This document shows positions 1-12,704 of a DNA stretch of 64,000 nt, in pieces. The position numbers were made by a program, and so were the translations under genes. This stretch comes from Phoronis australis (Eukaryota; Animalia; Phoronida): assembly GCA_002633005.1 (NCBI GenBank), contig NMRA01000089.1, forward strand, positions 793,895-857,894. Reading direction: 5' to 3'. Within the stretch, counting starts at the first letter, position 1, and every line of letters starts with the position of its first letter. Below the pieces are notes generated by a model that was not told the DNA's origin, did no database searches, and saw only the letters and a list, made by a program, of their open reading frames with translations.

Positions 1-41
1 TTTCTGGCTATACTGCGTCCTAAATATTTTTTGTTCGATAG

Positions 42-125
42 GTTGAGGATTATGCTCAAAGAAAACAGATGGATGTGAAAGTCGTTGAAAGGTGGCTTGG
101 ACCGTGTTTGTCGTACAATGTGTAA
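42..125 (+). CDS. MTR: Last coding exon of cobalamin-dependent methionine synthase
   Basis: Acceptor ttttttgttcgatag ends at 41 and is followed by VEDYAQRKQMDVKVVERWLGPCLSYNV*. This closely resembles the C-terminus of animal MTR as I recall it (human ...[28 protein letters not shown]). The exon is absent from the ORF track. Confidence 0.9.
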   Translation, partial: VEDYAQRKQMDVKVVERWLGPCLSYNV

Positions 126-1031
126 CGTACGGCAAGGGAGTAGCAACTACTCCGAGACTCTTCTTTGTTCATTTGTACACACTACTTCCCCTCAAAAGTC
201 GCTTTTTGGACGGTGATAAAAATGGCAAAATATCAGTGTGTACTTATGTGCTTGTGTGGGCGCATCATTGAGTCCGAAGGAAAGGCGACAATTCTTGCTA
301 ACAAGGTCAGCAATGATACCTCAAGCCAAGCTGGTATGACCGATTGTTATTTTTTGACCGAATAAGTTTTCAAATTGAAATTAAGGAATTTTTAATTTAA
401 AATTGATTGCTGTAACCTGTGCTTTTTTGCCAAAACTTATTTTTCGATCTTAAAAGTTCGAAGAAAGCTGTGTCACAGCGAGTGGTAAGCCTGGTCCGTC
501 AGTCAACAAGTCAGTTGCCAAATGCACGCAGAGTAATATGTGATAAGTGTGGTCAGGGGATTATATTAATTAATTTTGACTGATTGAAATATATTTCGTT
601 TTCAATTGAGTATCCTTCTATGCATTTCAGATGTCTGCCTTTGAAATCTTAGGTCAAGAGATCTTACCTTACATTCGTTTTAATCTTGATCTGCATTCCT
701 TGATACTAAACTCAGTCTATTACATTTTTGTGTTTAACTAAATTTAAAATTTTGTGTAACAAAATGATATTTAACAAATATGGGGTGTGTGTATGGATAT
801 GTCAAGTTCAGCATGCAAGAATGAGTGAGACATGTAAATTTTTCATCTTCACTGTACAGTTGAATTGCGTTACTATGAACCATACCGGGACTTTCTAAAA
901 CTTTTGTTTTAACTGATTTTTGCTGTAACCAAATCAACTAGTACACAGTGCAGTTGGATTGGGTGTTGTTGAATGGAAGTTAAATGTCACTATTAGTGAT
1001 GTATAATTTCACTTCCTGGAAAAGGTTTGAA

Positions 1032-1037
1032 AATAAA
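1032..1037 (+). terminator. Candidate polyadenylation signal for MTR
   Basis: AATAAA about 0.9 kb after the MTR stop, followed by a GT-rich downstream element (tgtgttggttgttt, ~1060-1073). Confidence 0.45.
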
Positions 1038-3014
1038 GTACACTGACTTAAAAATCCTTGTGTTGGTTGTTTAATAGTAGAATGTTTACTTCAAACAGAA
1101 ATACTATCAACAACAAAAAGATGAGACAGTGAACATTGATGTCTTCAATTCACAAAATAGTGACAAAGTCCACAAAGTCACAAACGGATCTTCTATAAAA
1201 GTTAATTTATGAGGTATAAAATTATGAGGTATCAAAATTAAATATAAAATACATCTTCTATTCATTACATAACATTTAGCTGAAACAGAAGTAACAGAAT
1301 AGACAAACATTGGAAATGTATAATTTGCAACCATTTTGTTACCGACAGCACAATCACAAGAGATACGAATGCTGTAAACAACTTGACAGTCACTATAAAG
1401 AGTCGTAGAAATGTGACGGTTCACTTGTCAGCACTGCTAGACTACTACGGTTATTACATGAACACACCCGATGACACGATGTATAGGCGAAGGCACAATG
1501 TGGTTATAGAACCTCACAGCACTAGATAACCACAAATTCAGATTGGCTATCAATTAAGATTATTTAGAACCTTGGTGACAAGTCAACGCATTTAGAAGTA
1601 TATATTTTCATTAGTGAAAGAAGAAACTACTGTAGAATTTGATTTTTGACATATCAAACAGCAACCACTTTCGAAAAAGAAAGGTACATGAATAGCTAAA
1701 TGGCATCAATAAAATGAACAAATTTCGTTTGATAAAAATGTCCAAATAAAATCTCAAAAACAGTTTTCTAAACTACTTTGTTTTATGCATCTTAAAATTT
1801 TGCATAAAAATAATGACAGTTTCATATCTCACCAACAGTTTGAAATAACAGACATCTAATCCACTTCCGCTCCTGGATACCTAACATTATTACACAATTC
1901 TCCTTAAATGCAGCGTTACTGGAGCTGCTGTCATAAGCACAAAATACGAGAAACATACTCATTTTCTGTTGGCTGTAGTCTGTGGTTCAGCACATTCTCT
2001 CGTACAAGTACATTGAAAACACTTGGAATGACAGAAGTATACAAAAACATGAACTGCATCCACTAAAAAAAAAACATTCAAATTTACAGATTTACACTAT
2101 ACTCAAAATTAGTGAAGGGTGATACAACATTTGCACCAGAGACCAACTCACATCAGCAGATTATTTTCATCAGCTAACAATTTGTTTTTTGTTAACTTTA
2201 GGAGAGCTCGTTGTTGTATGATTACAAATCATAATCTCTTTATAAAAGTTGGACACTTATAAAGTAATTTGGCATCATATGACGTTGAATGAAGTGACAA
2301 TGTTCAATGCAACATGGCTCAATGTTGAAGAATTCTGACACTGATGCATCAATTCAAATAATGTAAGAAAATTAATGCCAAAAAATTCATTAATATGGGC
2401 GCAACTGCAATCACAGGCAAAAGAAGAAAAACATAGTTAACAATTAGGCTCAAACTACATTCTACCAAAGGTTTGGTTGTGTATGTAAACATACAATTGA
2501 CACTGATCATCATGCGACGTGTCACAAGTTGATGACAATCAGAACATATTAGATAAGTAACACATTTCAAACCGATCCTATCAGGGACGCCTGCCAGGAA
2601 GGACATGACCGCAATAATCCAGCAACAAAGTACATGTTTAAGAACAACAATCTAGTGTTTGTTAGAATTCAATACCAGTCACATTTTCCAGTTGTGCTGA
2701 TGTACAGCTTTTAGATTACCACATACAAGCCTGCTGTCCGTAGATCCAGTAAAGTCACCAAAACACTCGAAAGACTCCGTGATACATTGCCATGCATAAC
2801 AACCAAAGCATGTGACTACATTAGTCAGATTTTCTCACAAGTTTAAGTCTACATAGTGTAGGCCTGTAGATACCAAAAATGATCTTATAAAATTCTATAA
2901 GGTCATGGTATGTCGAGATGAGTAATATGACAAGAAGGCCTACCTAGCTTGCACTCAGTCGTTATCACAGCTCATTTTCACATTTTTGGCACATTTTGTA
3001 GATTAAAGAGCGCC

Positions 3015-3340
3015 TTATTTCTCTTTACAATTGCACCACGGGAAGTTACAACAATGCTGTAGCCAAGGCCTCCACATAATATTTGACAGTCGAAATTCTG
3101 ACTGCACTGGCATCACCGTCTTCATATGTTCCAGTTTCAGTCTCTCCATCTCTGACACAATACTACTATGCATATCTAGATCCAAGGGGTTTTGCTCCGA
3201 TGGATCAGCGTTCATATTGAAGAGAATCGGTCGTTCAAGCCAGATGACGTCATTGCAGTTGCAAATATGGTGGCTGAAACAGCCTTCAGCGCCCTCTGTC
3301 CATGAAGGCCAGGTGTAATGAAGTTTCCACGTGATGTTGT
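3015..3340 (-). CDS. STS: Sulfatase terminal coding exon
   Basis: ctttcag|[13 protein letters not shown]...[16 protein letters not shown]...[17 protein letters not shown]. Confidence 0.92.
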
Positions 3341-6300
3341 CTGAAAGGACAAAAAAGCGAGGGATGAAAATGTATTTTTAATACATGTTTAAATTTTGAA
3401 AAACTTTCATTTGTTGTCAATCCTCAGCTATACATGACTATGTGTGTATTTCAAACAATCCAGTAAACGTGTAAACAATCAAGTATTAAAACAAGATTTT
3501 GGACAGTAATTGTCTAACACATAAAACATATTTAAGTGCTTTAAAGTAGGTTGAAATGATTGAAAAATCTACACAACAGTAATGTTTAGATTAAAGCTTT
3601 AAAAATGCGGAATTCTATAAAAATTGGTGACATGTCAAAAAACACGAAGGAAATCGCCAAAAATAAATTGTCATAAATGATGAAATTAACCAACTTTTCA
3701 TTCTGCAAAACGAGACAGAATTATTCAACTTTTTTTTTAAAATGAAAATGACTGGTCAGAAATCTTTGGATCATTCATGAAAAGTATCTGGACTATCAGA
3801 AAGCACATCAAATATGATTACAAAGAGTTTTCCATTTGTAGCTGAAATTCAATTCCACAATGACAAGCCTTAATTTACAGAGTGGTCTAAAAATTTTTTG
3901 ATACCCATTTTGCTAAAATGCACACCAAGCAGTCAGTCAACAGCAGGTCTACTTTTCCACAAAATTGTGTAACTGACTCAAAGACAGCGGAATCATGACT
4001 GTGGCGAGAACAATGCACCTGATAGCGCCATTGAACGTTTGGCGGTCAAATTTTAGGAGTGTGAAAATGTAGCGAACACCAAATGGTAACTGTGGTCAAT
4101 CTATTTCAGTCACTATTCCCAACGAACAATATTAAAATTTTGCAGGTGCAGCCTGAGAAATCGTGGCAAATATTTCGTCTTTATATCGGCTACAGGATTG
4201 AAAAGAACCCTGGCTTGTAGGCTTTGAAAAGGGGTTAGTCTAAGTCAACAGTCCCTGGCAGATGGGAGAGTTTTGGCTGAAAGTGGTCAGGCAACCCCTG
4301 TGACCTCTTGCTATTTCTTGCAGTTAGAGTCTTAAAATTTGGCCACCAGTTTCAATTGCTCTTCTATCAGGGGTACTATTTCTACTTGAATCTGACATAC
4401 ATCAAATAAATGATCTTTACTCCAGAAGTTCCGATTTTTGGGAAACATATATTCTTAACAATTTTTATCGCCTGCTGCTTAACATATAGTACAATACAAT
4501 TCATGCTAATGCCAAAAGAATAATCAAAGCCTACTATCTACAGAACATGAAAATTTTGGGGAAATACAAAACACAGACCCAGGAAGAGATAGGCATTTTT
4601 GGGGCCACCTGTACAACTAAAGCGAAGTAATATAGCTCGAATTACTAATAGTGGCCAAGCAAGCATCATCGAAACCAAATCAAATGAAGTCAATCTGTAT
4701 CAATACGCAGTGTCAGTGATATTACTTAGGAAAGACGTCTTCCTGGTGATGTCAAACTCACTTTTAAAGTAGCGTATGCCATGGATGTCTGTGTTACAGT
4801 AATGGAACAGAACATCATGATGGTCGTCTGAGTTCTGCACACCAGTGAAAGCAGGCATCAGGTTCTTGCCATCAACAATGACATCTGTTGGTGGTATCTG
4901 CAATATGTGGCGCACAGTCGGAAACACGTCCATGAGACTTGTGGGGCGATCTATGACAAGGCCAGGGGAGATGACTCCAGGCCACATGGCAACTGTTGGT
5001 ACACGCAGAGCACCATCCATGGTTGCTTGCCCTTTTCCGCCTGTGAACATTAGAGCATTGACTTACTGGTGCAAAGTATATCAGAAATGTTGATTTTTTA
5101 CTTTGTATCAAAGGAAATGTTTAACTATGAAAAGTTTTGACTAAATTCAACTGCTGTGTTTAATTGTAATCCAAAATGACATTTGGTAACAGCTTGTCAG
5201 GTGATTAGTGTTCTTTGTAAAAAGCCATATAAGCATAAAATAATGAAACATTGCTACAAATATTTCATTTGACAGCTAGATGTAGCGAGAATCAAAATTG
5301 GCATCAAATTGGACATGAGAATAATTTATGTGCTCCGGTGTAAGCCTATGGGCTTGCAATAGAGAACCTACATAAAACAATTGTGGTCTTCCCAGAGGCC
5401 ACGGACTTGTATTACACATTGTCTGAACCTGCATTGTCGGCACATGTTCTAAGAGTCTAAAACAGAATCTAGACTGGGTGCAAGTGTCGAGGTTGATGTG
5501 GTATGGACTGACAATTGAGGGCTCATGCCTGAACACCGAGGTGAGTTTACTCACGAAGGCATAAACATTAGGCAAATCTTACACCCAACAGGATTTGTAT
5601 GCAAGTGGATGACAAGGCGTGCACTAGCTGATTACCCCAGAGTATCCAGCGAATTCCTCAACACATCAAAGGCTTGATGGCACTGTCAAAGATTGCAGTG
5701 AGCTAGTTGCCATTCATGGGCTTGGCTGAACGTGTTAGATAAGATAATTGCAGTGTCGTAAACCAACACACCTGTTTAGCGTACATATGTTTCAAAGTCA
5801 AAAAATAAACGACCAAAATGACTGTTTTTAAAATTGATAAGTAAATAGTGACTGATGCATTACAAGAGACGTTAGGAAATAGGTTTTCTACAGAATCACC
5901 ACTAAGCCATGAGCCTTAATTTGGGATTCGATAAGGACAGGTTAGTTACAGTGTGGATTAGACTCGCTTAGGTGTAGGGGTAATAAAACACCAAATGTAG
6001 GCGTAGGAGATGTCTCATGTAGAACAATAACCCAAGTGGGTGAGGAATTATTAGCTGAATGGACACCCGGTAATATACCTCTGAAAATCCCATTGTAGCC
6101 TCCTTCCTGGTTTCCATAGATATCATGTTCTTCGTTGTGTCCTCCATTGTCAGAAGTAAAGTACACTAAAGTGTTGCCATCTTGACCTAGCCTTTCCAAT
6201 ACTTTCATGATTTCACCAACCGACCAATCAAGTTCTTCCACATTGTCACCGTAGCGACCATGCTTGCTCTTGCCATCAAATCTAGTCGATGCATGCATTG

Positions 6301-9300
6301 CTGTATGGACTTGAATCCATGACATCATTAATAGAAATGGACGCTCATTTTTAACACTATTTTCTATAAATGTTGTCCCCTCATTGACTAGTCTTTGAGT
6401 GAGGTTGTTGTCTAACCGTATGGGTTGTTCTATAAAATCATAATTTCTCATCAGAACACTGTTGATTATCTTCACATTGTTCAAGAAAATAAGAACAAAA
6501 GCGCACGTAAGCACTAATATTGTGAACAGAAAGACGGTAGTGATTCTACCAATAAAGTTGGCATAGCACATGGCGCACACCGTAACCAGACAAACAAATG
6601 TTGAAACTAGGGTATAACGTCGTGCTACTGGACCACCAGCATCTATGACTGAACCATCACGTTCCACTCCGAAATCTTTCAAGTTTGTCAGCGGAATTCC
6701 ATAAAAATAATCGAAGCCTTGATCCAACGGGTGATGGCAGGTAGAACCAAATTCATCACAGTACATTCCTAAGTGCCATTTGCCTGGAAATATAAAGCCC
6801 ATTGTCAGTAATTGAGTGAATGCAAGAGGTAAATAAATGTAAGACTTATCAATACTCATTAAAAGCGGTGTACTCAATTCCCCCAGTCAATGAGTGAATG
6901 TTGGGAAATTTTAATGAACCTTGAAACGCAAATGGCCTCGATTAAACTCTTTAGTAAACCAGATCCTCTTTAAAAACCCACTGTTTATCACAATTATGAA
7001 AAGTTGAAAAACAGACTCAAAAATTAAATAAAATATCATTGGTTATTGCAATAATTTATTACAGCCCAAAGACAAAAGTTCAATTAGCACAGAATGTGTC
7101 TGCATTATTCTCCTTACCACCACTTTATTTGTCTCCCATGCAGGACTGATGTACATTTTGTTGGTCTTACTTTGTACGGGGCAAGCTGAATTATGGCAAG
7201 CACATGAGCGAAGCAAGAGGTGAATAGACGACACGCACATGCACACACACGTACACACCCACCTATCAGAGCAGTGTGGTAGCCAGCTTGCTTGGCGATT
7301 TCGGCAATCGTCACTTCCTGCTGTGGCAAGCCTCCTCTGCAGGCAACAAATGGCAACACTGACATGAAGCTATCTGGACTCATTCCTTAAAATGGAAATG
7401 AAAATAATTGGCACGTGCGTTAAACAATAGTTTAATGTTTCAAAGGCATATACAGAACACTACACTGTTGATCAATGATGAAATAATGCTATGGTAAGCT
7501 GAACCCTGAGAACTGGCAGTATAATAAAATGAGATTTTGCAAAGAAGATGTCATAGGTATCGATTCAGCAAACATTCCAGACAGGCTTCTCAGAGACCTT
7601 TCACACACTCAACACTATTTCGTGTGGAAGGTCCACATGGTAATTAATTTATGCGCATAATAAACAGACCAGCTGCAGACCACAAACTGCAGGATTTTAG
7701 AACACCATCTGAATGAGATGCCACCAGCAGAAAAGAATAAAAATTTGCTACATTTAAATCGTAATGGTGTTATCTTATTTAGATTCCCCTTTGACATTAA
7801 TATTTCATTTTTTGAACAAAAAAGACGATCAAAAATTAATCACGTCTTGATTATTTTATAATTTACAAGTCAAGAATTATACGATGACACTTGCCTTACC
7901 TCAAAACCCAACTGCTGCCTGGGGGTTTGGTAATAGGCCTAACTATCTTGCACACCCAGCAGAATTAATGACAAACATTGCAACATTAAACAAACGTTTT
8001 AGGTTGTCCTATTTTCAAAATTCAAAAAGTTGTTAACCTAATTGCGTGTTTTTCACAAACTATTTAAATATGCTATTTACAAACTTTTAAAATGAAAATT
8101 TAAATACATCATTGTTGCCCCTAATGTGTTTATGATTGTCTCATTATCTAGAACGATTAGCAGCCAGAGGCGATTTAATTAAACACAACAGCATGGTGTC
8201 TTTAATCTGAATCGGCAAATTCTGTGGTGCACAAACTGGTCATTGCGGCCATCTCAACCGGTTAGGGTATCAAATGAGAATTCTTTTCATGGGATTGCCC
8301 AGAACAGTTCTCATTCTTTGTAGAAAATGTGATGTCACGAAGTTCAGAAATTTCATCTTTTAACATGATATCATATGTCAACATTCAAAACCTTAAGAAT
8401 ATTAATTGGCACATACTTTTTGCCTAGATGACAGATGTATGGTTTCTAGATTCTCAGAGTCGTTTGTAATGGGTCGTGTAAGGCAACAGTGGATTATGTG
8501 CAAACTTTTGCCGTCGATAATAAAATAACGAAACGATGATTTGAAGACTAAAAATTAAATAAATTAACAAGTAGTCAGCTGATTTCATTGATAATCGACA
8601 TGTGCTTGTTTTAGACTCAGTGCTTAACTATAACCAAATGACTTAGAATATTTCATAAACATAAACATAAACATTTCCCTGCCAAATATGGAGCGGGTAA
8701 ACAAGTGAATGCAACTGGTGAACAGGCATTAATCAGTTCACACAGGAACACTTACAGTTTAGAACTTGAGTTTCAATAAAAAATCAGAGTAATGAAGCGT
8801 TTTAACTTGAGAAAAATGTTTTCAAAGCAACAGAAAGTAGGCCTAACTTCCTCGACTGCCTCATTTCTCTGAAGCAAAGCTCATTACTATACATAGACAT
8901 GAGCCCTGTAACTCACTGATCATGAAAATCAACTAAATTGATTGAACTAATAAAGATGTAATTAACCCCACTGGATTTTCTGAGCGTGCACAGCAGTCTC
9001 AAATATAAGTTCTGTTAAACCATAGAAGTAGCTACAGTTCTATGGTTTAACACACAAGCAATAGCCCACCGTTACTACCAAACAAACTGAATTCACAAGA
9101 ACTCTGCAGTAATAAACAAGTATTTAGTGAAATATCATTTTAAAAAGTCCATAACAATACCAGTCCTTATGGGGTACCGTCCAGTTAGGAATGCAGCCCT
9201 ACTAGGAGTACAAGTAGGAGCTGCCGTTAAGTGTTGTGATAGTACAGCACCACGCCGACCTATGCTGTCAATATTTGGGGTCCTGAGAGACGTGTTGCCA

Positions 9301-9416
9301 AAGATGCCAACATCTCCAATACCAAGGTCATCTGCCACAAACAGCAGAATGTTTGGTTGAGAGTGAACACCGCATACCAGAGCCACCAAGGCCCATATTT
9401 GTTTCAACAGGCACAT
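3015..9416 (-). CDS. STS: Steryl-sulfatase / arylsulfatase D-E-F-H family membrane-anchored sulfatase, 5 coding exons, 562 aa
   Basis: Exons are 9416-9161, 7385-7263, 6783-6079, 5040-4762 and 3340-3015. All introns are GT-AG and phase 1, and the total is 1689 nt (563 codons). Motifs: signal peptide, [12 protein letters not shown], formylglycine motif [20 protein letters not shown], hydrophobic two-helix insert, FTSDNG, DPSE and C-terminal [14 protein letters not shown]. Orthology to STS versus ARSD/E/F/H cannot be resolved by eye. Confidence 0.93.
4762..5040 (-). CDS. STS: Sulfatase coding exon 4
   Basis: cacag|[16 protein letters not shown]...LFHYC...RYFK-A|gtgagt. Confidence 0.92.
5565..5790 (-). 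repeat. Dispersed repeat, inverted homolog of 54725-54935
   Basis: A core of 26/27 identical nt (TGACAGYGCCATCAAGCCTTTGATGTG, 5662-5688 vs 54812-54838) with colinear flanking blocks. Confidence 0.7.
6079..6783 (-). CDS. STS: Sulfatase coding exon 3 (KWHLG, transmembrane hairpin, SDNG)
   Basis: ttccag|GC-KWHLG...[10 protein letters not shown]|gtatat. Confidence 0.92.
7263..7385 (-). CDS. STS: Sulfatase coding exon 2
   Basis: ttaag|[43 protein letters not shown]|gtgggt. Confidence 0.9.
9161..9416 (-). CDS. STS: Sulfatase coding exon 1 (signal peptide, DDLG, CTPSR)
   Basis: MCLLKQIW...RYPIRT-G|gtattg. An acceptor lies 6 nt upstream of the ATG (exon starts at 9422), so a 5'UTR exon lies further upstream. 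Confidence 0.92.
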
Positions 9417-10176
9417 CAGGGGCTAGAAATAGAAGATTTTTTCACAAAAGTCAAATTTTGTCTTTTTGAAGGCCTTTTCAGTCAATCTCAAAAAATATAC
9501 TTATTCTAACAGGTATTTTGAACCTTTTCACTACCGAAAATTAGATTTCATAAGGTTATGGAACCTTCGATCATCAAAGAGTTTGAGCATTCAGCTAAAT
9601 ATCTTCAAAACTACAAAATTTAGTACATCTTTTTGAAAGCAGAGAGTCAGTAGAATCCTTTATCAATTTGTTGTTGACTGGTTCAAACAACTATGTTTTT
9701 TGTAAAGTTTAACAAAAAAAGAATCATGGTACAATCACAACAAAACAAAAAGTATCTTAAACACAATCAAATTTTATTTTCAACGTTCAAGATGAAACCT
9801 CAAAATCGTCATTACACTTTACAAGTTTTCACCACATTTTCATTTCATACATTCTTTATAAAAATTATACTCATACTTTTGATGGCCAATCATGCAAAAC
9901 AATTCCTAAAAACATTTCGATGAACAACTTGCACAGAGAATAATATCTGAAAGTTTCACACGAATCCGATCAGCCATTTCCGCGATGATGCTCCAAAGTT
10001 AGCCAATCTATAGGGCTGTCCTGGATTACCCATTTATCCACAATGCCGTAAACATCCATCAGACATATTTGCTGCCTGTTTTCGTGCCATTGGAATTTCA
10101 CGTTATTAGTGTTCAGTTGCTGCATGCCTTTACATTAGTTTTTTTTTTTGGCTGCATTACTCCATTCGTCTTTCCA

Positions 10177-10330
10177 ATGATAACAAAGCATTACTGCTGT
10201 GCTGTGGGCTGCAACTCCAATGTGAAAAAGTTTGATAAACTGCATGACAATATACCCGCGGAAGCATGGTGTCAGAGAAATTCTTTGCCTTCCCACTTAA
10301 CATCAATGAGAAATACGAATCGGAAAATGT
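10177..10330 (+). pseudogene. Degenerate THAP zinc-finger remnant, probably transposon-derived
   Basis: MITKHYCCAVGCNSN, then after a frameshift KFFAFP. This fits the THAP N-terminal C-x4-C...F-x-F-P pattern; the C-terminal C-x-x-H-F is not seen. Confidence 0.4.
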
Positions 10331-10840
10331 GCCCGATTTCGAAAACTAGGTCACACGCATTCCTATATCTCTGGGACAAAGAAGAGTTTCACTGCAGAGT
10401 AATCTGGGACAGCATTATTCTTGGATCCTACATAATCCCAAGGTTACCACAAGTGATTGTTCCTAGATTCAATCAAATATTTACAATTTACAAATATATA
10501 GAATTCAAATTTCACATTCAGTAAAAGCATAGATATTTTGAACTAGGAAACATTTATTGACAATGTGAAGTGTGGGAGGTGAAAACATTCCCTTTACCAA
10601 ATAATACAATACTTGTTTCACATGTTGACTCCACCGTGACACTCTGCAGGTGATTGTGCTGTAGCATGTGAGCCACCGACCCCAGAAGAACTTTTTGAGG
10701 GGTTAGCATGCTTAGTAGGCCTAATCAAAATTTAGTATCCTCGACGGAACGCGGGTTTCATGATTGCCACTTCATGACAGTAATCAGTAAAAGGGTCGTC
10801 TCATAGCTTGAGACGTTTCACCCTGTTTAATTAAAACTTA

Positions 10841-10945
10841 ACGCACCTGGCAGGCAGGCGGAAGTTCCGTGTTTCTTTGGATTACACAGGCATGACCTTG
10901 ACCTTCTGTTGTAATAGAAAATGGCGCATTGATTCTTTGGTGAGT
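10841..10945. promoter_or_regulatory. Candidate bidirectional promoter with two divergent 5'UTR exon donors
   Basis: Minus-strand donor CAG|GTGCGT (10846-10841) and plus-strand donor TTG|GTGAGT (10940-10945). Between them lie an ETS site GCGGAAGT (10858-10865), TGACCTTGACCT (10893-10904) and a YY1-type AAAATGGCG (10918-10926). Confidence 0.55.
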
Positions 10946-12704
10946 GACTGTCACTGTCAGGAAGGTTTTTGTTAATTTCTGAGCATTGTTGATAAATTTA
11001 CTGTTATGAACGAAATTGTGGAACTGTTTAACAGATGTGCATTTGCAACTCTGTGTTTGCGGTAGGCCTAATTGCTGGCAGTGGCAGCTTAGCCTAAGAC
11101 TTTTAAGGCCAAGCTGAACCTGTATCAGTAATAAAACTTGAACTAAATAGCTTCCCGTCTACTCTACTGGTGATTTTCAAAAGTTCCCCAGTTTGGTGGG
11201 GCTCTTCCGGTAACATGTGAACACATCCCTTAAGGTAACGAAGTGGTGGGGGTGATCTTTGGAAAGTTTGTAGCCTACTACTACTAGGCTAGTTGTGCGC
11301 CTTGCAGTTTGCAGTGTCCGCATTCATTCATGGACTTCTGATAGTGTTTTTTATATATGAATTTGCCTATCAGCATCTACAAAACTGCTGAGGCAAAAGC
11401 TACCACTTGTGGTAAAAAATTTTTTGAATGCAGACTGATAACCTGTAGAATTTCATTTTTGACTATGCCAATCTCTCATTCATTGGGTCACATGACCACG
11501 CATGTCTTTTGGTTACCTGTCTTTTAGTAAATTTTTTTTCGAAAAAGAAAGTTGCATTGAATGCAAAAAAAAACGTAGCAAGACCAAACTTCATTTGATG
11601 ATGTTCAAGATGAAATTTTAAAAACGTTGTTACAGTTTCCTATATTATAATTTTGTTACACTTTGACTTGTTTCATGGAAATCATGAAACTCCTGTTTTT
11701 GATAATCATTCCTGCAAAAAATTGAACATTTTAAAAACTATTCCTACTAGATTGAGGAATTTTTGTAAAGTTCCATTTTTGCATGAGGGGATGTAAAAAA
11801 AATCAGATTTGTTTTTTTATGAAAAAAGCAAAAGTTGGATGAAACGAAAACTTCTCTGAGATTTCATGTTAATGTATCAAATAAAATTCGAACGTGTTAA
11901 TGGCCATCATTATTTTGCTATATGAATACCTTTTGCTAAAGTTTAAGTGCAAAGACACATGGTCAGATGGGTCAATTTATGACAGTTCAGATGATGTGTA
12001 TACCTACACAGAGTTAATATTTAGGTGTGTTGATCTTTAACTAAATGTGCAGACCTCTGAATACTGTTCCACTAGTACATGTGATCAGTTTAGTGTCCAA
12101 TGTAGATACAGACTAATGTTTATTAGTACAGGCAGATATTGAATAACTTTAGAGTCTTGAAAACCTTGTTCAACAACACCACTTGGCCTGTTATTGTTTC
12201 ACATTCCTGTGGTTTTAAGTGGATCATTTTCTGGCTCCAAGTCCTTCATTATGTTGTTCTATTTTAAGATGAATATGAGCATGTTATCAGTTGGGAATAA
12301 TTTGCAGAGATTGAAACACATGACTTCCCATGTGGTATAATTACTAGGTTTAATGCAGACTAATTGTGCTTCCCTGTTGGGACTATCTCACTAGTAAAGA
12401 AGACTTGTATACCTTTAAAGTTTCTATACCTGCTTGACTCAGAGTGCAGAACTGTTAAAAAGTCAGCATGACCCGACATGCAATGAGCAAGCTGTTGAGG
12501 AATAACAACTGATGGAGGTTTCCAGGACCATTAATCACTTCTCTCCTCTGAGTAAGGCACTAGTCTAGACCTGGTAAACGATGGTCTTTGTGCCGTGTCT
12601 GAACTTGGAGTTCTGCTTAAACTCAAGATCGCGTATCTATGAGCTTGGAATTTAGTGTTATTTAAAGTGTTCAGGAGAAAGTTTTTGTTCATTGTAAAGA
12701 ACTT

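Noticed and set aside
165-365. 66-aa ORF and nearby splice-like signals (485, 630)
   Set aside because: It lies in the MTR 3'UTR, and the spliced product is short and unrecognisable.
3031-9360. Plus-strand ORFs at 3031, 4845 and 9127
   Set aside because: They are antisense shadows of sulfatase exons.
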